Positions 1-13,718 are shown, numbered from the whole stretch's first letter. The stretch is 62,649 bases of DNA, filler included, from Streblomastix strix (GCA_008636045.1; 4 parts of 4 records of this genome joined end to end with filler, not necessarily neighbours in it); one strand, 5' to 3'. A program made the numbers and translations. Notes: generated by a model from the sequence alone, not told the origin.

Positions 1-2
1 GA

Positions 3-1559
3 CTTGATGGTGGAAATGAATCCGTGAGATTAGAAGTTGAAATTGAAGAAGGAGAACAATTTGTTAATTTCATCAGGTTCTAATTAGCTGAATGGTGGGC
101 ATGGGTAGTTCCACCAATAGTAGTTGGATTCCTAACTGTAATCATATCTGGAATTGTATATATAATATGGAAAGATAGATATGAAAAGAAGAAAGAAGCT
201 GAACATCTGAAAGAACTACAAGAACAAAAAGAAAAGCGAAAAAAAGATGAAGAAATGAGTCGTTTGAATTAAGTTTTATATGATGAAGATAAAGATAATC
301 ATACAATGATTATAACTGAAGAAGATGAAGTTAAAACTTAATTACCTAAAGTAAACTTAACTGAATCACAATCGTCCATTCATTTTGTAAGTATTAGAAA
401 TACTCATTAATAAACTTAAAGTTAAATTTTACTTGAATCTGAATCAGAAAACTCATCTTCACTTCCAATTAAGCAGAAATCTCATTTACAAATAAATCCT
501 CGAGATGATGATTAATTTGCAGATGTCATGAAAGTAATTGATAAAGTTTCATAATCTTCATCATAATCTGAAACGAATCCATCAATATTACAGTAATTAG
601 AAACTCCAAAAGCTTGTTAATAATAGCTAATTACAGAATCTTTTGAAACTTTCCCTGATCTAACAAGAGTTCCATCACATTCATCTACAACTTCATTAAT
701 CGTGTCAACTTCTTAATCTTCTTAATTCTAAACTAATCAATAAATAATTCCTTAATCTTCATCTTCTTAATCAATTTCTAAATTAACGAATCTATCAAGT
801 ACTAATCAAAATTAGCTAAGTAAACACTTTGACAGACTTGAGTTATTATTGTAAACTCTTGAAAATAAATAAACTGTTAAAGAAAAACATCCACTTGCAA
901 CTTGCGAGTATGATTAACAAACTGATATAATATAAACTTCTGATACAAATATTAACGTTAAATCAAAGTCAAACATGAAATCATAAAACAGCGCAGTTAC
1001 AAAAATAAACAAAAGTGCATCAACACTTCATAAATAAAATTCGAAACCTCATATTTCAAATATAGCTAATGCACCTTTCACTGGATTTCTTGCTGATAAT
1101 GATGCACCTGATATTGACTTCTCTCTTATTTCATCTGATGCTCCTGAACTTGAAAGGGTTGTTTGGGGACCTTCTGGACCTCCAGCAACTCTATCATTAG
1201 CTAAATTTGGTATCTTCGTTCCCACACCAGAGATTCTATAGCTTTAAAGAAGGCAAAGCATGATTAACGATTAAATAGATAAACCAACAGATGAGTAAGA
1301 TAATAATAAAATAGTGAGAGCTGTTCAAAAATAAATATTGGAGGAAGAATAACTGGATTAAAACGATTTAGAATAAAAAGAGTAAGAAATTGAAAAAGAA
1401 AAAGAAAATTAGATGGTAGAAGAAAAAGCTAAAAGAATCAGATAAAGGAAGGAAAAACAATAATCAAAAGTTAATTTGAAACCTAAGAAAAAATCACCTC
1501 AGAAATAAGAACAAATTCCTCATCGAATTCTTTCTCCTGTGGAAGAAGATATTGAATGA
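3..1559 (+). CDS. 5'-partial host gene: single-pass membrane protein with a long S/Q/E/K-rich cytoplasmic tail
   Basis: Frame 3 is open from the contig start to TGA 1557-1559 if TAA/TAG are read as Gln. It has a TM segment WWAWVVPPIVVGFLTVIISGIVYIIW followed by the basic stop-transfer KDRYEKKKE. Confidence 0.8.
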
Positions 1560-2003
1560 AAATAGAACTCAAAATTTGTTACTTTTTTCTAATTTATATT
1601 TATTTATTATCTTTTTATTCTTTTTTACCATATTTTCCTAGTACTAATTTTTTATTTTTTTTAGTAAATTTTCCACTTCTGAAATATTATCACACCACTA
1701 ATAAATAAAAAATAAAATCTATTAAAATTATCTACTTATTTACTAACCTGTTTGTTAGCCTGGCCAATGCCACCCATGGGTTTTGATAAATATCACGAAC
1801 TAAATTTTTTTTTAAAAAAAAATTTTCAAAATATAAGTAATATTGATTAATGTAATAGAATTTTATATTATTTTTATTTGAGAATGTATATTAATATACA
1901 ACAACTTCGCCCTTATTGAGTGATTACCTTCGACTATTTGAAGTGATTCCTTTTGTCATTCCCCAAAAAATGTTAAAAGTTGGGTGGCCATTAAGGAAAG
2001 ACA

Positions 2004-2271
2004 GTAGTTATGATAATATGGAGAGTGCCCCACATGAAAGAAAATCATTGAAGAAAGAAAATAAATTATGTTATTTAATTAATGAATGTAATTAAATTTA
2101 AATAAAAAATATGTTTGAATAATGTGAAAGAAAAAAAAAACACTTGTTTTAAATTAATGATTGGCACGACTGAAGTTGGTTAGTGTATTGGATTAGTGAA
2201 GTACGTAAGTGTTATTCATTATTGAGTTGTATTATTTGTACTTATGGCTCTCTCTATATTCTCATAACTAC
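2004..2271. repeat. Short non-coding element with 26-bp terminal inverted repeats (MITE-like)
   Basis: GTAGTTATGATAATATGGAGAGTGCC (2004-2029) matches the reverse complement of 2246-2271, GTAGTTATGAGAATATAGAGAGAGCC, at 23/26 positions. No clear TSD. Confidence 0.5.
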
Positions 2272-2440
2272 ATTGGTATGTTGAATTAGGTATGTTAATG
2301 GTTTTAGTTGATGAAATTGGTTAATTGAAATAAACGAATGTAATAAACGTATTTTTAGACACTTCCTTGAACGTTTATTTAATTGTATAGACAGAAACCT
2401 AAAATTTATTGAAGAAATCTTTGATGAGTCTTTTGTTTTT

Positions 2441-2580
2441 TAAATATAAATATATGAAATTGATACGATAAATTGATGTGGATCGTTAATGTCTTTGAAG
2501 CGGTCAGGGTGCCCATATCCTAAGGCTTTTTTTAACTTATTATACAAAATAGCTGCCAATATGTCAATATGCCAATTGGT
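2441..2580 (-). repeat. ~140-bp repeat, inverted relative to the copies at 5119-5400
   Basis: Its reverse complement contains ...TTGGCAGCTATTTT...ATGGGCACCCTGACC...TCAATTTATCGTATCAATT, which recurs at 5119-5264 and 5266-5400. Confidence 0.75.
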
Positions 2581-2638
2581 TTGAAATATTAATGTTTTTC
2601 TCATAGCTGATATCTAAAAAAATTAATCTGTTTGTGTT

Positions 2639-5040
2639 TCAGAAGTCTAATATTTATGTCTTATCTTCATCCATCATAAAATCAATATCATCTTCCGAAT
2701 CTATCTCATCTTTTAATAATTCGAACTATGCATAATATTCATGTTTTAATTCATAGTATGATTTGCTCATTGATTATTTTTTATCTTTTTATGCTCACAA
2801 TATGTTTAAATTCCAATCTCAAAGAATTATTATTTCAAATAGTCAGGTTTAAAATATGAAGCACTTGAACATGGAAAATTTTTTAAAATGATCGATATGC
2901 TTTAATATTATATCTTCTATCTATGATTTTCGAGCCATAATTATTTCTCGATTTGCCTCTGTTATTAGTAGTAGAGGCATATCAAAATCATTCAAATCTT
3001 TTTATATAAAGAAAATAAATAAATTATTGTAAAATTAACATCTTAATTATTATAAAATTCTTTAAAATATAAATTGTCATCCATATGAGTTTGGCTGCAT
3101 TTTGATATAACATAATGTCTTACATTCATTTCAATTTTTAATGGATATGGATTGTTTGAATTGAATATAAAATTAGCTACATTTTCAGCATCACGACGAG
3201 GTTAATTTTTTTCATTTATTCTAATCGTATAATCTGTTTCAATTGATTTTAAACCTTCATTATTTGCTCGTTTATCTTCTCCAAAATTTGTCATCTCATT
3301 GGCTACAATCAATACTTTTCCTTCAACTATACTATTAAAATTTCCTGTTAGTTCCTTTATATTTGTGCAATTTTTGCAGCTGTAGCCCGCCATGAACTCA
3401 CATAAAACATTTGTAAATTTGTTCTTGCCAACGCCTTAAATTCCTTTTAAACAAGTGATGATTCGGTCTTCTTTCCCGCATTTTGAAGTATATAAGCTAT
3501 CCAATTAATTATATAATTATTTAATTTTTCATCGCCTGAACAAATAACGTTTAATATTAAATCTAAATATTATTTTATTATATTTTTATCATATTTTTCA
3601 AGTAGTTCATACTTCCATCCTTAAAATAATAAGAAAATTTAATGGTTTTTTTCATTAAATTTTATACCTTATGTGCTAAATAATGCTGCATATTTTTCGA
3701 ATATCTGCTATACTATTAATTATTTTTTGCCATCTTTTCATAACATCATTGTTTTTAATACTTCAGACGTACCCGCTTTTGTCTTATGTTCTAATATATA
3801 TCTTTTTGCATGAACATCATATGCTTTGACGAAGAAATCAATCTTCGACTACACAAATCGCATTATTTTTGTCAAATCTGATATAACTTCTTCATCTTTT
3901 GTATATTTCTTTTTTCTCATATCAACAAAATTAAAATCATCATGTAAATCAATTTCAAATATTTATATTTCTGTTATATTTCTATTTTAATTGTTTGATT
4001 TTCTGAGCTCTGGTAATATTATACTTTCATAGTATTATTTGTTGTGATATTTAATAATTTTTTACAAATTGAATATGAATTTTTTATCATTAAATCTTAT
4101 CTTTTTCTGTTCCCATTATTCCATTGCATTACTTGTTAAGTTACTGCTTTCTTTAATATCTTCATAAGCTATATCAATCTCTTCCTCATTAAGTCAGCAA
4201 TTAATTAGTCTATTAAGTCCTGAAAATAATGTTAATAAGCTTAATTCTTTTTCTACTTTTTAAGCTTCAATATGAATCTCTAATCCTTCTATACCTTGAA
4301 TCAATAATTCTGCATAAGAACATTATAATTATATGGTTCCTTCATCAGATATATAAGGTATTTCTTCATCAACTTATTGCCACAGGTCGATATCTAATAA
4401 ATCCAATATGCACTCAAGAAGAGCCAAAAATTATTTAGATTTAATACTATTTTAATCAATATATTTTAATATTAATCTTTAACTATTTATTTACTCACCA
4501 ATTATAGAGCCATCTTATAAAATCCAATGTTGTTTATCATTTATGCAACGATACAAATCAATCTCATTATTTTCATATTTATAAACTTTATTTTATGAAT
4601 TATTTTTTATTATTATAACGTTATGAATTGCAATATAAATGTAGTCCTCCATTAGTTATTTAAACAAGCCAAATTTAATCAATCACTTAACCAAGTCGCT
4701 TAATTACCTAATATCTTATTTATTTTCTTTATTCTTCATTTAATGACTTATTTATATCAGTATCAATAATTGCTAACCATTAACATTTTGCAATATCTAT
4801 AGCCTATCATGATTTATATACAATAACTTTATTCGTTGGAAATTTAACATAATTATATATATCTGTTGTTGCATCTCTAATTCTATCGCTAAGTGATTAA
4901 GTATAAATTTAATCAAAATGTTTATATAATTGTTTACTTTTTTAACTATTGTATGATGATTTTAATGCATGAATTGCTAACAAAATTGAACCCAGTGAAT
5001 AGTCAGTAGTTGGATTCTTATTATCTGCTATATCTTACAT
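2639..5040 (-). pseudogene. Viral-type primase (AEP/Prim-Pol) fused to a D5-like SF3 helicase, frameshifted
   Basis: ATG at 5040; N-terminal LAIIDTDI (DxD). NWIAYILQ precedes Walker A KGIQGVGKNKFTN; Walker B region KVLIVANEM; motif C NFIFNSNNPYP; TGA at 2639. Internal frameshifts and stops. Confidence 0.8.
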
Positions 5041-5118
5041 ATAAAAAAACTGATTTAAATAAAACAAACTCGTATATTTTTAAAATAAGTTTAAATATTT
5101 TTATTTTTATATTTTATA

Positions 5119-5400
5119 AAATTTGCACATTGGAATACTGGCAGCTGCTTTCTATAATAATTTGAAATAGCCTAGCGGCTACTGGGAACACTTTATAGAC
5201 ATTCAGCCACAGTCGGAGTGATAGACATACTCAACTCAATTTATCGTGTCAATTATTGTATATTTATTAGCACATTTGCACATTAGCAGCTATTTTCAAG
5301 AATAATTGAAAAAAATCTCAAAGTATGGGCACCCTGACCACTTTATAGTCATTCATTTATTATATCAATTTTTCGTGCAAAAATCATATATTTTTATATT
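5119..5400 (+). repeat. Two tandem diverged ~140-bp repeats upstream of the primase-helicase
   Basis: Copies at 5119-5264 and 5266-5400 share TTTGCACATT..GCAGCT..ATAAT..GAAA..CACTTTATAG.CATTCA..TCAATTT.TCGTG. Confidence 0.7.
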
Positions 5401-6354
5401 GCAAAATTGAAATGCATTAACAGTTCAATATATCAATTTAAACATTACTTTTAAATACAACGTATCAAAATTATATATCTCATTCTCAAAATTAAATGAA
5501 AAAATTTATTATTTTGCCTAATTATAATTCATTTTTTTAAAAGACCCACTATATAGAAATTAAAATATTAAAAAATAAAAAAAATAACTTTATTTCCATT
5601 AAATTTTAAAATCATTTGATAATAATCTATACGCACAATTCAAATAAACTGATTACGAAAATGACAATTTTAGCTCAATTTGATACTATTGATTAGGCTC
5701 AATTATCGGTTTTATTTAAAATGAATAATTAATTAGTTTTATTATGATTAAAATGAAGAGCCCAACTATTCTAGAAGTAGAACCATAATTTGAATAAAAA
5801 AGTTGTTACTATTATATCACTAATTGACCCATTTTAATAACCATTTCAGACGTAGATTATCAGATGTGATACGCCAACTTTGTCAACTAGGCGCAGAAGT
5901 TCAGAACTTGAAGAAACATAAACTCCTGATCAATCAATGAGTCTTTAACAGTTGTATATCACAAATGAAATTTAATATATGATTAAAGAATCGGCGCACT
6001 TTGTATTATCGGAAAAATAAATGATTCGGGTTGTTATTTACACTTTTAACGTCCTTGTAAGTTAAATTTAATTAAGAATATAGGATAAAAGATGAAATGT
6101 TATGTTTTATAGATAACACATATATACATTAAATGAGATGTTAATTGGGAACATTAATATCCTAATGCTGAACGTTGAAAAAGTTAAATTTTTTGAGATA
6201 GTTATAAAATATGCTTATAAGATTAAGAAAAATTACAAATACTTCAGATTTAGGAGAGATAACAAATAAAATAATTCATGCAATATCCAAAGGATTAATG
6301 AAAATATTAAATAAAATTTGAAACCGTAAATAAATTATTTTTTATATTTATAAA

Positions 6355-6840
6355 ATGGACGTATATTTTCATATGTTTGATGTAATTTTAAATAATGATT
6401 AAGTGCTTTATAGTTCAGGTAAGTATAATACTATCGGCTTAATTAATGTGGTAAAAAATATTGGAAATTTAATTAATATAATTAATGAAGCACCAAAACC
6501 TTATAATCATGAAGAAATTGATGCCATACTTGACGAAAAATTAAATATTATAGATTAAATCGATGCATACACTAATTATGAAGAAGATGATTTGTTAGCA
6601 TTAAAATTAAATATTTCTGACTAAATTGAAGAATAAGAAGAAGGATAGACTTCTGATGATGATGATGATTAAGTATTTGTATGGACTTCAGACGATTATG
6701 ATTAAGTTCTTGGATAGATTTATGATATTGATAATTAAGTATTTGGATAGACTTCGGATGATGAATAAGATGACGGATAGACTTCTGATGATGATGATGA
6801 TGATCAAGTATTTGGACAGATTTGGATTGACTTCTGGTGA
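6355..6840 (+). pseudogene. Fragment of a viral fibre-like ORF running into the minisatellite
   Basis: ATG 6355 to TGA 6840 (TAR=Gln). It contains YNHEEIDAILDEKLNIIDQIDAYTNYEEDDLLALKLNISDQI, a Y-x-x-x-E-x-D-x-L-L repeat typical of phage/Polinton fibre proteins. Confidence 0.4.
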
Positions 6841-7585
6841 TGATTAATTACTTGGATCGACTTTTGATGATGATGATATAGTATTTGGAAATACTTTTAA
6901 TTATAATGAATTAGTACTTGAATAGATTTCTGATGAAGATTATTAAGTATTTGGATATATTTCTGATGATTATGATTATGAATTTGGATAGACGTTAGAT
7001 GATGATGATTACGTACTTGGATAGACTTCAGATGATGATGATTGTGCACTTGGATATATTTCTGAAGATGATGATTAATTAGAAGGATAGACTTCTGATG
7101 ATGATGATTAAGTACTTGGATAGACTTCGGATAATGAAGATTAGGTAGTTGGATAGACTTCAGATGATGATTATGTATTTGGATAGATTTCTGATGATGA
7201 AGATTAAGTAATCGGATGGACTTCTGATGATGATGATTAAGTACTTGGATAAACTTCTGATAATGATTAAGTACTTGGATAGATTTCTAATAATGATGAT
7301 TATATATTTGGATGGACTTCTGATGATGACGATAAATATGAACTTAGATTGACTTTTGATGATGATAATTGTACATTTTGATAAACTTCTGATGATGATG
7401 ATTAAGTGTTTGGATATATTTGAGATGATTACGATTAAGCATCTTGATATATTTATGATGATGATGATTAGATACATGGATAGATTTATGATGACAATGA
7501 TGATTATGTACTTGGATAGATTAATTATTATTATTATTAAGTGCTTTGAAAGATTTCATTTAATTATTATTATTTACTTTGATTG
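6630..7585. repeat. Coding minisatellite, roughly 30 diverged units of 30-36 bp (consensus GATTAAGTACTTGGATAGACTTCTGATGATGAT)
   Basis: Directly visible tandem array whose unit length varies in steps of 3 (GAT)n. The minus strand reads SSSEVYPSTQ repeats. Confidence 0.9.
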
Positions 7586-8215
7586 ATTTACTCCGATTAC
7601 TATTATGAACTATTTAAATGCAAAATATGACTTTTTTATAGTTATTTTTATGATTGGTTAATATTATCATTATTATTAAATTATTTAGTTTTGGATTCTA
7701 CAACAATGAATGTCAGATCTTTACCAAATTCATTGATAATATAATTTCCATCAAATTCAGCTTAAATAGATTTTGATACTAATTTTTTTTTATTCCGGCG
7801 CAATATCATTAATAGCTTTTGAATACGTGAAATCTGGATGTTGAAGAGCAACAGATGCTGAAATTCTATTTTCGGGATCAAATTCCAATAATTTTGAAAC
7901 AAGATCCAAAAGGAAGCTATCTGTTATTTTAGAATGTCTTTTTATGCACTTCAAAGTTAAAATTTTACTAATTATTAAGAAAATTAAATAAAGTTAAAAA
8001 ATAAAACTATTTCAATATTATAAAAATAAACTTTTAATTAAAAATTGAATTATTTTATAGAAAACAAACTCATAAAAAATAACAATTTTTAAAATTTTAG
8101 TAATAACTTTGTACAAATTTTCCTGCTTTGCAAACCCGAAGTCTGCAGTCTTCACATAAACTCATGCTGAACCAGGTGGGCTATGAAGTAGGATATTATC
8201 GCACTTAGTGTCTCT
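6630..8215 (-). pseudogene. Ser/Thr protein kinase pseudogene with a Ser-rich repeat tail
   Basis: 8105-8215 reads RDTKCDNILLHSPPGSA*VYVKTADFGFAK (catalytic loop and DFG, with an in-frame TGA). 7680-7950 reads DLVSKLLEFDPENRISASVALQHP (subdomain XI), followed by the SSSEVYPSTQ repeats. Confidence 0.8.
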
Positions 8216-9419
8216 AAATTAAACTTTATTAAAATAAAATCAAAGTAAATTTATGCATTTCTACAAAATATTTTGACGTAAATAATAAATAAACATGAAA
8301 ATATCAAATAATTTATACGTTTAAAAATCGCGTTGTTTTTTCAAATTTTCAGTTCCAACTTTTCTAATAATAATATTTAAATAAAGTCAAAAATGTTTTC
8401 TTTCATTTTACCCTGATTCAAACAAATTTCCAGAAAATGGGAGGTATTTAAACAATTAATTATGTTAAATAATTCCTTATTTTTTCTCTTGATTCAAGTA
8501 TCAATTATTATTTTAATATCTTAAATTTAATTAATTTATGGGGCGAGACGCATATTTGCTGATCCATTTTCCTTATCTCAGCCTCATAATGTATATCATG
8601 TTTTTCTAAAAGTGATCCATCGTACATTTTTGCAGTTAGCTCAGATTTTTATCTATTGTGAAAATTTTTATTTATTTATTTATCTATCAAACAAGTTTGT
8701 TATAGTTTGAATTTTTACAATTGAAAAATTATTAATATATCGTTTAAGTGTAATATTGATTTAATATAAAAAACAATTCGGAATTTTAATTCATGAACAA
8801 TAACAAATTTTTATGAAATAAATTTGATGTGTGTATTTTTGGCTCTGATTAAAGTACATTTTGTGATTTTTTCTATAAAACAATTTATTAATTTAGTTTT
8901 CAAAATATAAAATTGCAGAATTATACAAAAGTGAATGAGAACATGCAGGAAAGTTCTTGAAAATTTTAATTTTTTATGCAAAATAACAAAGGTGAATGAT
9001 TGGTATTAATAATTTATAGATATGAGTGAACTGCAGGCTTTGGCGTTTCTGACATATTGACAAGTGAAATTTTGTAATGTCAGTCAGTAAATAGTAACTT
9101 TGTCGGTCAATTAAAAATATTAATTAATATCAAAATATTTTCATATATATTTATTCATTAATAAAGTATAAATATATATTACTAAATAAAACAGCAATCG
9201 AAGCAAATTATACGCATAAATAGACAGATATAATAATTTGTATTTAACTCCACCATTTCAAATAAATATTATATTTATGAAATAATTTACATTGCATATT
9301 TGTATTAAATCCAATTTGCAAATATTAATATTGTTATTACATCAACATGCGCAAAGATTTCCACTAAGAAATGATATTTCTCATTTACACTTTTTTCTCA
9401 ACAATTACATAGTACTCAA

Positions 9420-10320
9420 GTAAAATTATTTTGCAATTTAATTTTTTTATTGTATAATTTTACAACAATGAGCCTACAAATTTATCAAAATAGCTGCAGA
9501 CGATTGTAAGTTTGAGAATATTCCAATGATTCCAAATGTAAAGATTTCAATAGCCTAATAGATAATTACGTATTCTAATTCTTACTATGTATGCTGATGT
9601 TTCATTCCAGTCATTTCTGTGCGAGCAGCCTCAATAGTTGGAAAGGCAGTTGCGATGTTAGTATCATTGTCAATATTAAAAGCAATGATGTTCATGCAGT
9701 AGGTTATCACTCTCTAACGCTCTGAAGGAGTAATTTCTTGACCACCTACATGAGTATGAATATAAATGTCTATTGTCATTAATAACTATTATACAAATAG
9801 GCTTTTGTTTATAACATCTAAGAAAGAACCTCTCTTAACAAGTTAATGCAAAAGATCTAAAGAAAGTAGAATTAACTCATCATCATAATCATTTCAATCT
9901 GGAGTGTGCATAACAATATTACCTAACATAACATATGCATCTAACTATGCAAGAATTTGGAGTATATAAAGAGGTTGTATTTCACAATGGAAACACATTG
10001 GATAGAGTCTGTTTAATGCAATGTTGTTGAGAAGATTATATAAAGCATTACGATGAAGGATAATTTCTTTCATAGGAATCTTTCATAAAGTTTATTTGGT
10101 TATCATATTTTCATCGAGTATATGACCATCATAATAAGAAATAATGAAAAGCTGAACAAAATATAAGATCTAAATCCAATCATATACAGGTCAATCTACT
10201 GAATGGAATTGTGTGCGTGATACAAATCACCAGAGAATGTTCATACAATTCTGGGTCACATCAATATAAGTATCCATATTCTCGTGAATCACTGCACGGA
10301 TTACACCTGTAGCTTAACTT
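9420..10320 (-). pseudogene. Decayed ORF of unknown family
   Basis: Long protein-like stretches (e.g. IHTHVGGQEITPSERQRVITYCMNIIAFNIDNDTNIATAFPTIEAARTEMTG) broken by TGA codons and frameshifts. Confidence 0.35.
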
Positions 10321-10327
10321 CAACAAA

Positions 10328-12688
10328 AATCGATGCAATATATTTATTAGAACATACCGATTTTATTACATATTATCACTCTGGATATATAGGATTCTAA
10401 CAGATGCTGAAGATTGAAAAACAAAAATAAAACTTTTTTGCTAAATGCTGCGTGGATAGCTCTTGAAGATCAAGAAGTACATTTATCTAACTATGTCATC
10501 TGTGGTTTATCTGCGAAGAAAATAAAGTTTTAAATTATCGATGCATGAGAAATAAAGGCAAAAATCGCTATACAGACTAAGGATCACTATGGATTAACTT
10601 AATTACAAATATAAATTAAGATCAAGAATATAATAGATATTTTATTAAAAAAATTTAAATATATTTTGTTATTTTTGTTTAATTACAAATAAATCAATAA
10701 ATTTAATTTTTTATTATAAAATATTAGTGAAATTTATAATGGAAGATACCTGGAACGGCTTATTTTTGTAATTTTTAAAAGTTTGTTTTTATATGTGTGA
10801 CCTTTATTAATTCATTTCATTTTATTATTAAAAAATTGAAATTAAATCAAAAAGATCATCGATAAAGTTTATGTTACTGAACTATTGGAGAAATTAGTCA
10901 CGAAAACATATACCATAAAAAGGTGACAAAGTGATAAACAAAAATATCGCAGTAATAGATATGGCGCTCATTGGCTTATTAAAGTCACTGTCCCAGCTGA
11001 ATGAAAAAGCAATAAATATCAAAAATAACACATGAATATCAATATCAAAATTAGAAAACTAAACAATGATACCCAATGGTTACTATTAAAGAGAAGACAT
11101 GCAATTCTCGACACTGCCCAGAAAGTGTAAAGTTGGAATTTTACCAACTGTGACATCCATATATGAGATGAGAGGTCTATCAGTTATAGTGCCTAAATGA
11201 AATGGTGATAAATGTGGATAATGCAATCAGAGCTCGCTAGTACATGCACTTATTCGGTAATATAACCATTCTTACTTACATCTGAAGAATCATCAAAAGA
11301 TACTACCGAGAAATTTATCACTAAGCCTGATCATGACAAAAAATTCATAAGATTAAACTTTCATATCTAAGTATAGCTACCATATTGCATAAAATACAAT
11401 ATATATGATGAAACTTGTCTAACTAAAGTATTTTCAATGGTTCCACAACATATATATGATGATGAAGCTTAAAAAAGTGGGAATATTCAACTTTACTACC
11501 AATCTGTATTGATATTATAGAAACCACGTTTGAAAAACCGAATATCAAAACATTATAATTCCATCAACCACTTCTGGAATTCTCTGCTGCATTCTTTGAA
11601 TGTGACAAAAACTCTCTATATTAAACCAATTACACAGTTGTTTTAGTGAATGAATGATAATAGCAAATGCAATTGGATATTCATCTGTCTGGGGTGGGTC
11701 AGCTCCATGGTGTCCAAATGTAGTTAATTCTAAAGGGCATGGATCAGTTTGGGCAAATTCTCTATTTGAAGTCAATACTGAATATGGAATTGTAATGTTG
11801 ATTTCAACGATATAAAAATGTAAGAGAACCATAGATGTATAAAATAAAGTAGGGTCAAGTTCCGATACATAACAAGCAGTTAAAGAAGTTGAATAATATT
11901 GTATCGCAAATGTTAAACCAACTGAGAAACCTCATTCAACTAATGATGAATTAAAGAAATCTATAGTGGTATATGAAATTGAGACATCTTTATTAGATGA
12001 TCTATATAAATGTTTTGATTTATTCTCAAGGAAATCACTATTGATGATATGAGGAGATTGTTGAACATATGATATTGGCTTTGGTAGTCTTGATCATGTA
12101 ATTGCATATGATTAAAACTTGTATATTGCAGTACTTGATATTGAAATGTATTCAAATACAAAGAGACATATGTTATAAGGTATTTCACGAGTTGCATCTG
12201 TAAAATTCGCTTCTCCTGGTAAGAAAACAGCTAAAAAGAACCTTAAGTCTGATATTCATGGAAAATGGTAATATATAAGTTACACAAGTAGCTCTTGGAG
12301 TTAATTTGACACAGATATTTCTTACAATGCAAGAAACTAAAGCGTTTCCCAAGTCATTCAAATATCATAGAATATACACTTTGCTTGAATCATGGAATTA
12401 AAGATAGTTTTGTGAATTTGATACAGGAAGAGAACATAGCAGTGAAATATTGGTATTGGACTTTGATCAGGTATAATTCACTTCTGGTAAAAGAAGGGAG
12501 GGATTTATTATATTTTAATTTCGGCTGAACTTACTGGTGATCTGAAATAGTTCAAATACAGGGAAGTTAGGTTTGACTCAATGACAAAGTCATTTAGGAT
12601 TGAAGCTTAGCGATTACATGCATTACTTGTTACAGACACGACAGCTAACTATAAAAGATGCAATAACTTCGTTGATAATGAATTTTGA
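10328..12688 (+). pseudogene. PFOR: Pyruvate:ferredoxin oxidoreductase pseudogene, 5'-truncated and heavily decayed
   Basis: Motifs in PFOR order: TFLLNAAW..IKFQIIDA (domain III); TSIYEMRGLSVIVPK*NGDKCGQCNQ (ferredoxin domain); QPLLEFS; IANAIGYSSVWGGSAP; SVWANSLFE; GDC*TYDIGFGSLDHV; VLDIEMYSNT (TPP domain); GEVRF; TGA at 12688. AT-rich intron-like gap at about 10620-10870. Confidence 0.92.
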
Positions 12689-13718
12689 TTCTAATCAAAA
12701 TTATCATATTCAGCGAAGCTTATGAAAATACCATCCGAATGTAATCTATTAACAACTTATACTAACAATACACCTGACTGTAGAAATGAATTCAGCTGGA
12801 ATGAGGGATTGCTGTTTGTTTTATAGACTTCTTCCTATTAATAGTTTATTTTAATTTCTTCTACCCATATTGATATCTTTTTATCCTAGTTTTCTTGAAA
12901 TAATTCAACCAACTAACTCTAAATTTGTTTAGTTCTTTATATTTTTATATTAATTTCAATATTAATACTGAATTAGATAAAAGTAAGCAATTTTATTTAA
13001 ATTTTCTATTTAAACAAATTCTTCATTTAATCAAATATCTACATCTTTGGATAAGGAAGTACCATAACGGTGATCTTCCCTTCGTTATTACCTGTTATAA
13101 AACATATAAAATCAGTTGCCATTGTTTTAGTGAAAATTTACTTCTTTTTGATGATCAATTTTTGTAATTTAGTTACCCAATTGTTTCTTTGATTTTTCAT
13201 TTGAAGATTTAATAATTTTTTCTTCTTTATTTCTTCTTCCTGCTGTACTAATAGACACATTTAATGAATTAAAATTTTATTTTTGAGATGTTAGAAATGC
13301 CTATCCCACCTTCAAAAGCCCTATACCGATTTTGTTTTTTGCCCCATTTTGTTAAAAAAATTCTAAAAATAAAAAAATAAAATTTCTTCTTAGGATGATT
13401 ATAAGTATTGTCAATAATATTTTAAAAGTATTTTATTATTCATATTAATTAATATAAATAATAATTAATATTAAACAGGTCCTTAGATCAAAATTTAATT
13501 TAATTGGAAGTAAGTGGGGCAAGCTCTTTTTTAGACGAGAAATCAAACATGATATTACATAAATTGTTTAAAATGTGTTTATTATTATTTTAAATTTTTT
13601 CTAATTATTAATTTTTTGATTAAATAACCTTCAATTGTCTCAAAAATAAAAAGGTGCAGTTGCTCCAAATTAAAAAAATCTGCGCTTAATAATTTGTAAA
13701 ATTTTTTCTGTATACAAA

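Noticed and set aside
6630..7585. CRISPR-like array
   Set aside because: The units are contiguous with no unique spacers, vary by codons, and have no cas genes nearby; this is a coding minisatellite.
10328..12688. TGA=Trp recoding (all three stops reassigned)
   Set aside because: TGA at Trp sites appears in genes that also have frameshifts. Intact genes use TGG for Trp and end in TGA.
13476..13690. Possible short inverted-repeat element
   Set aside because: The match between the ends is short and AT-rich and cannot be told from chance.
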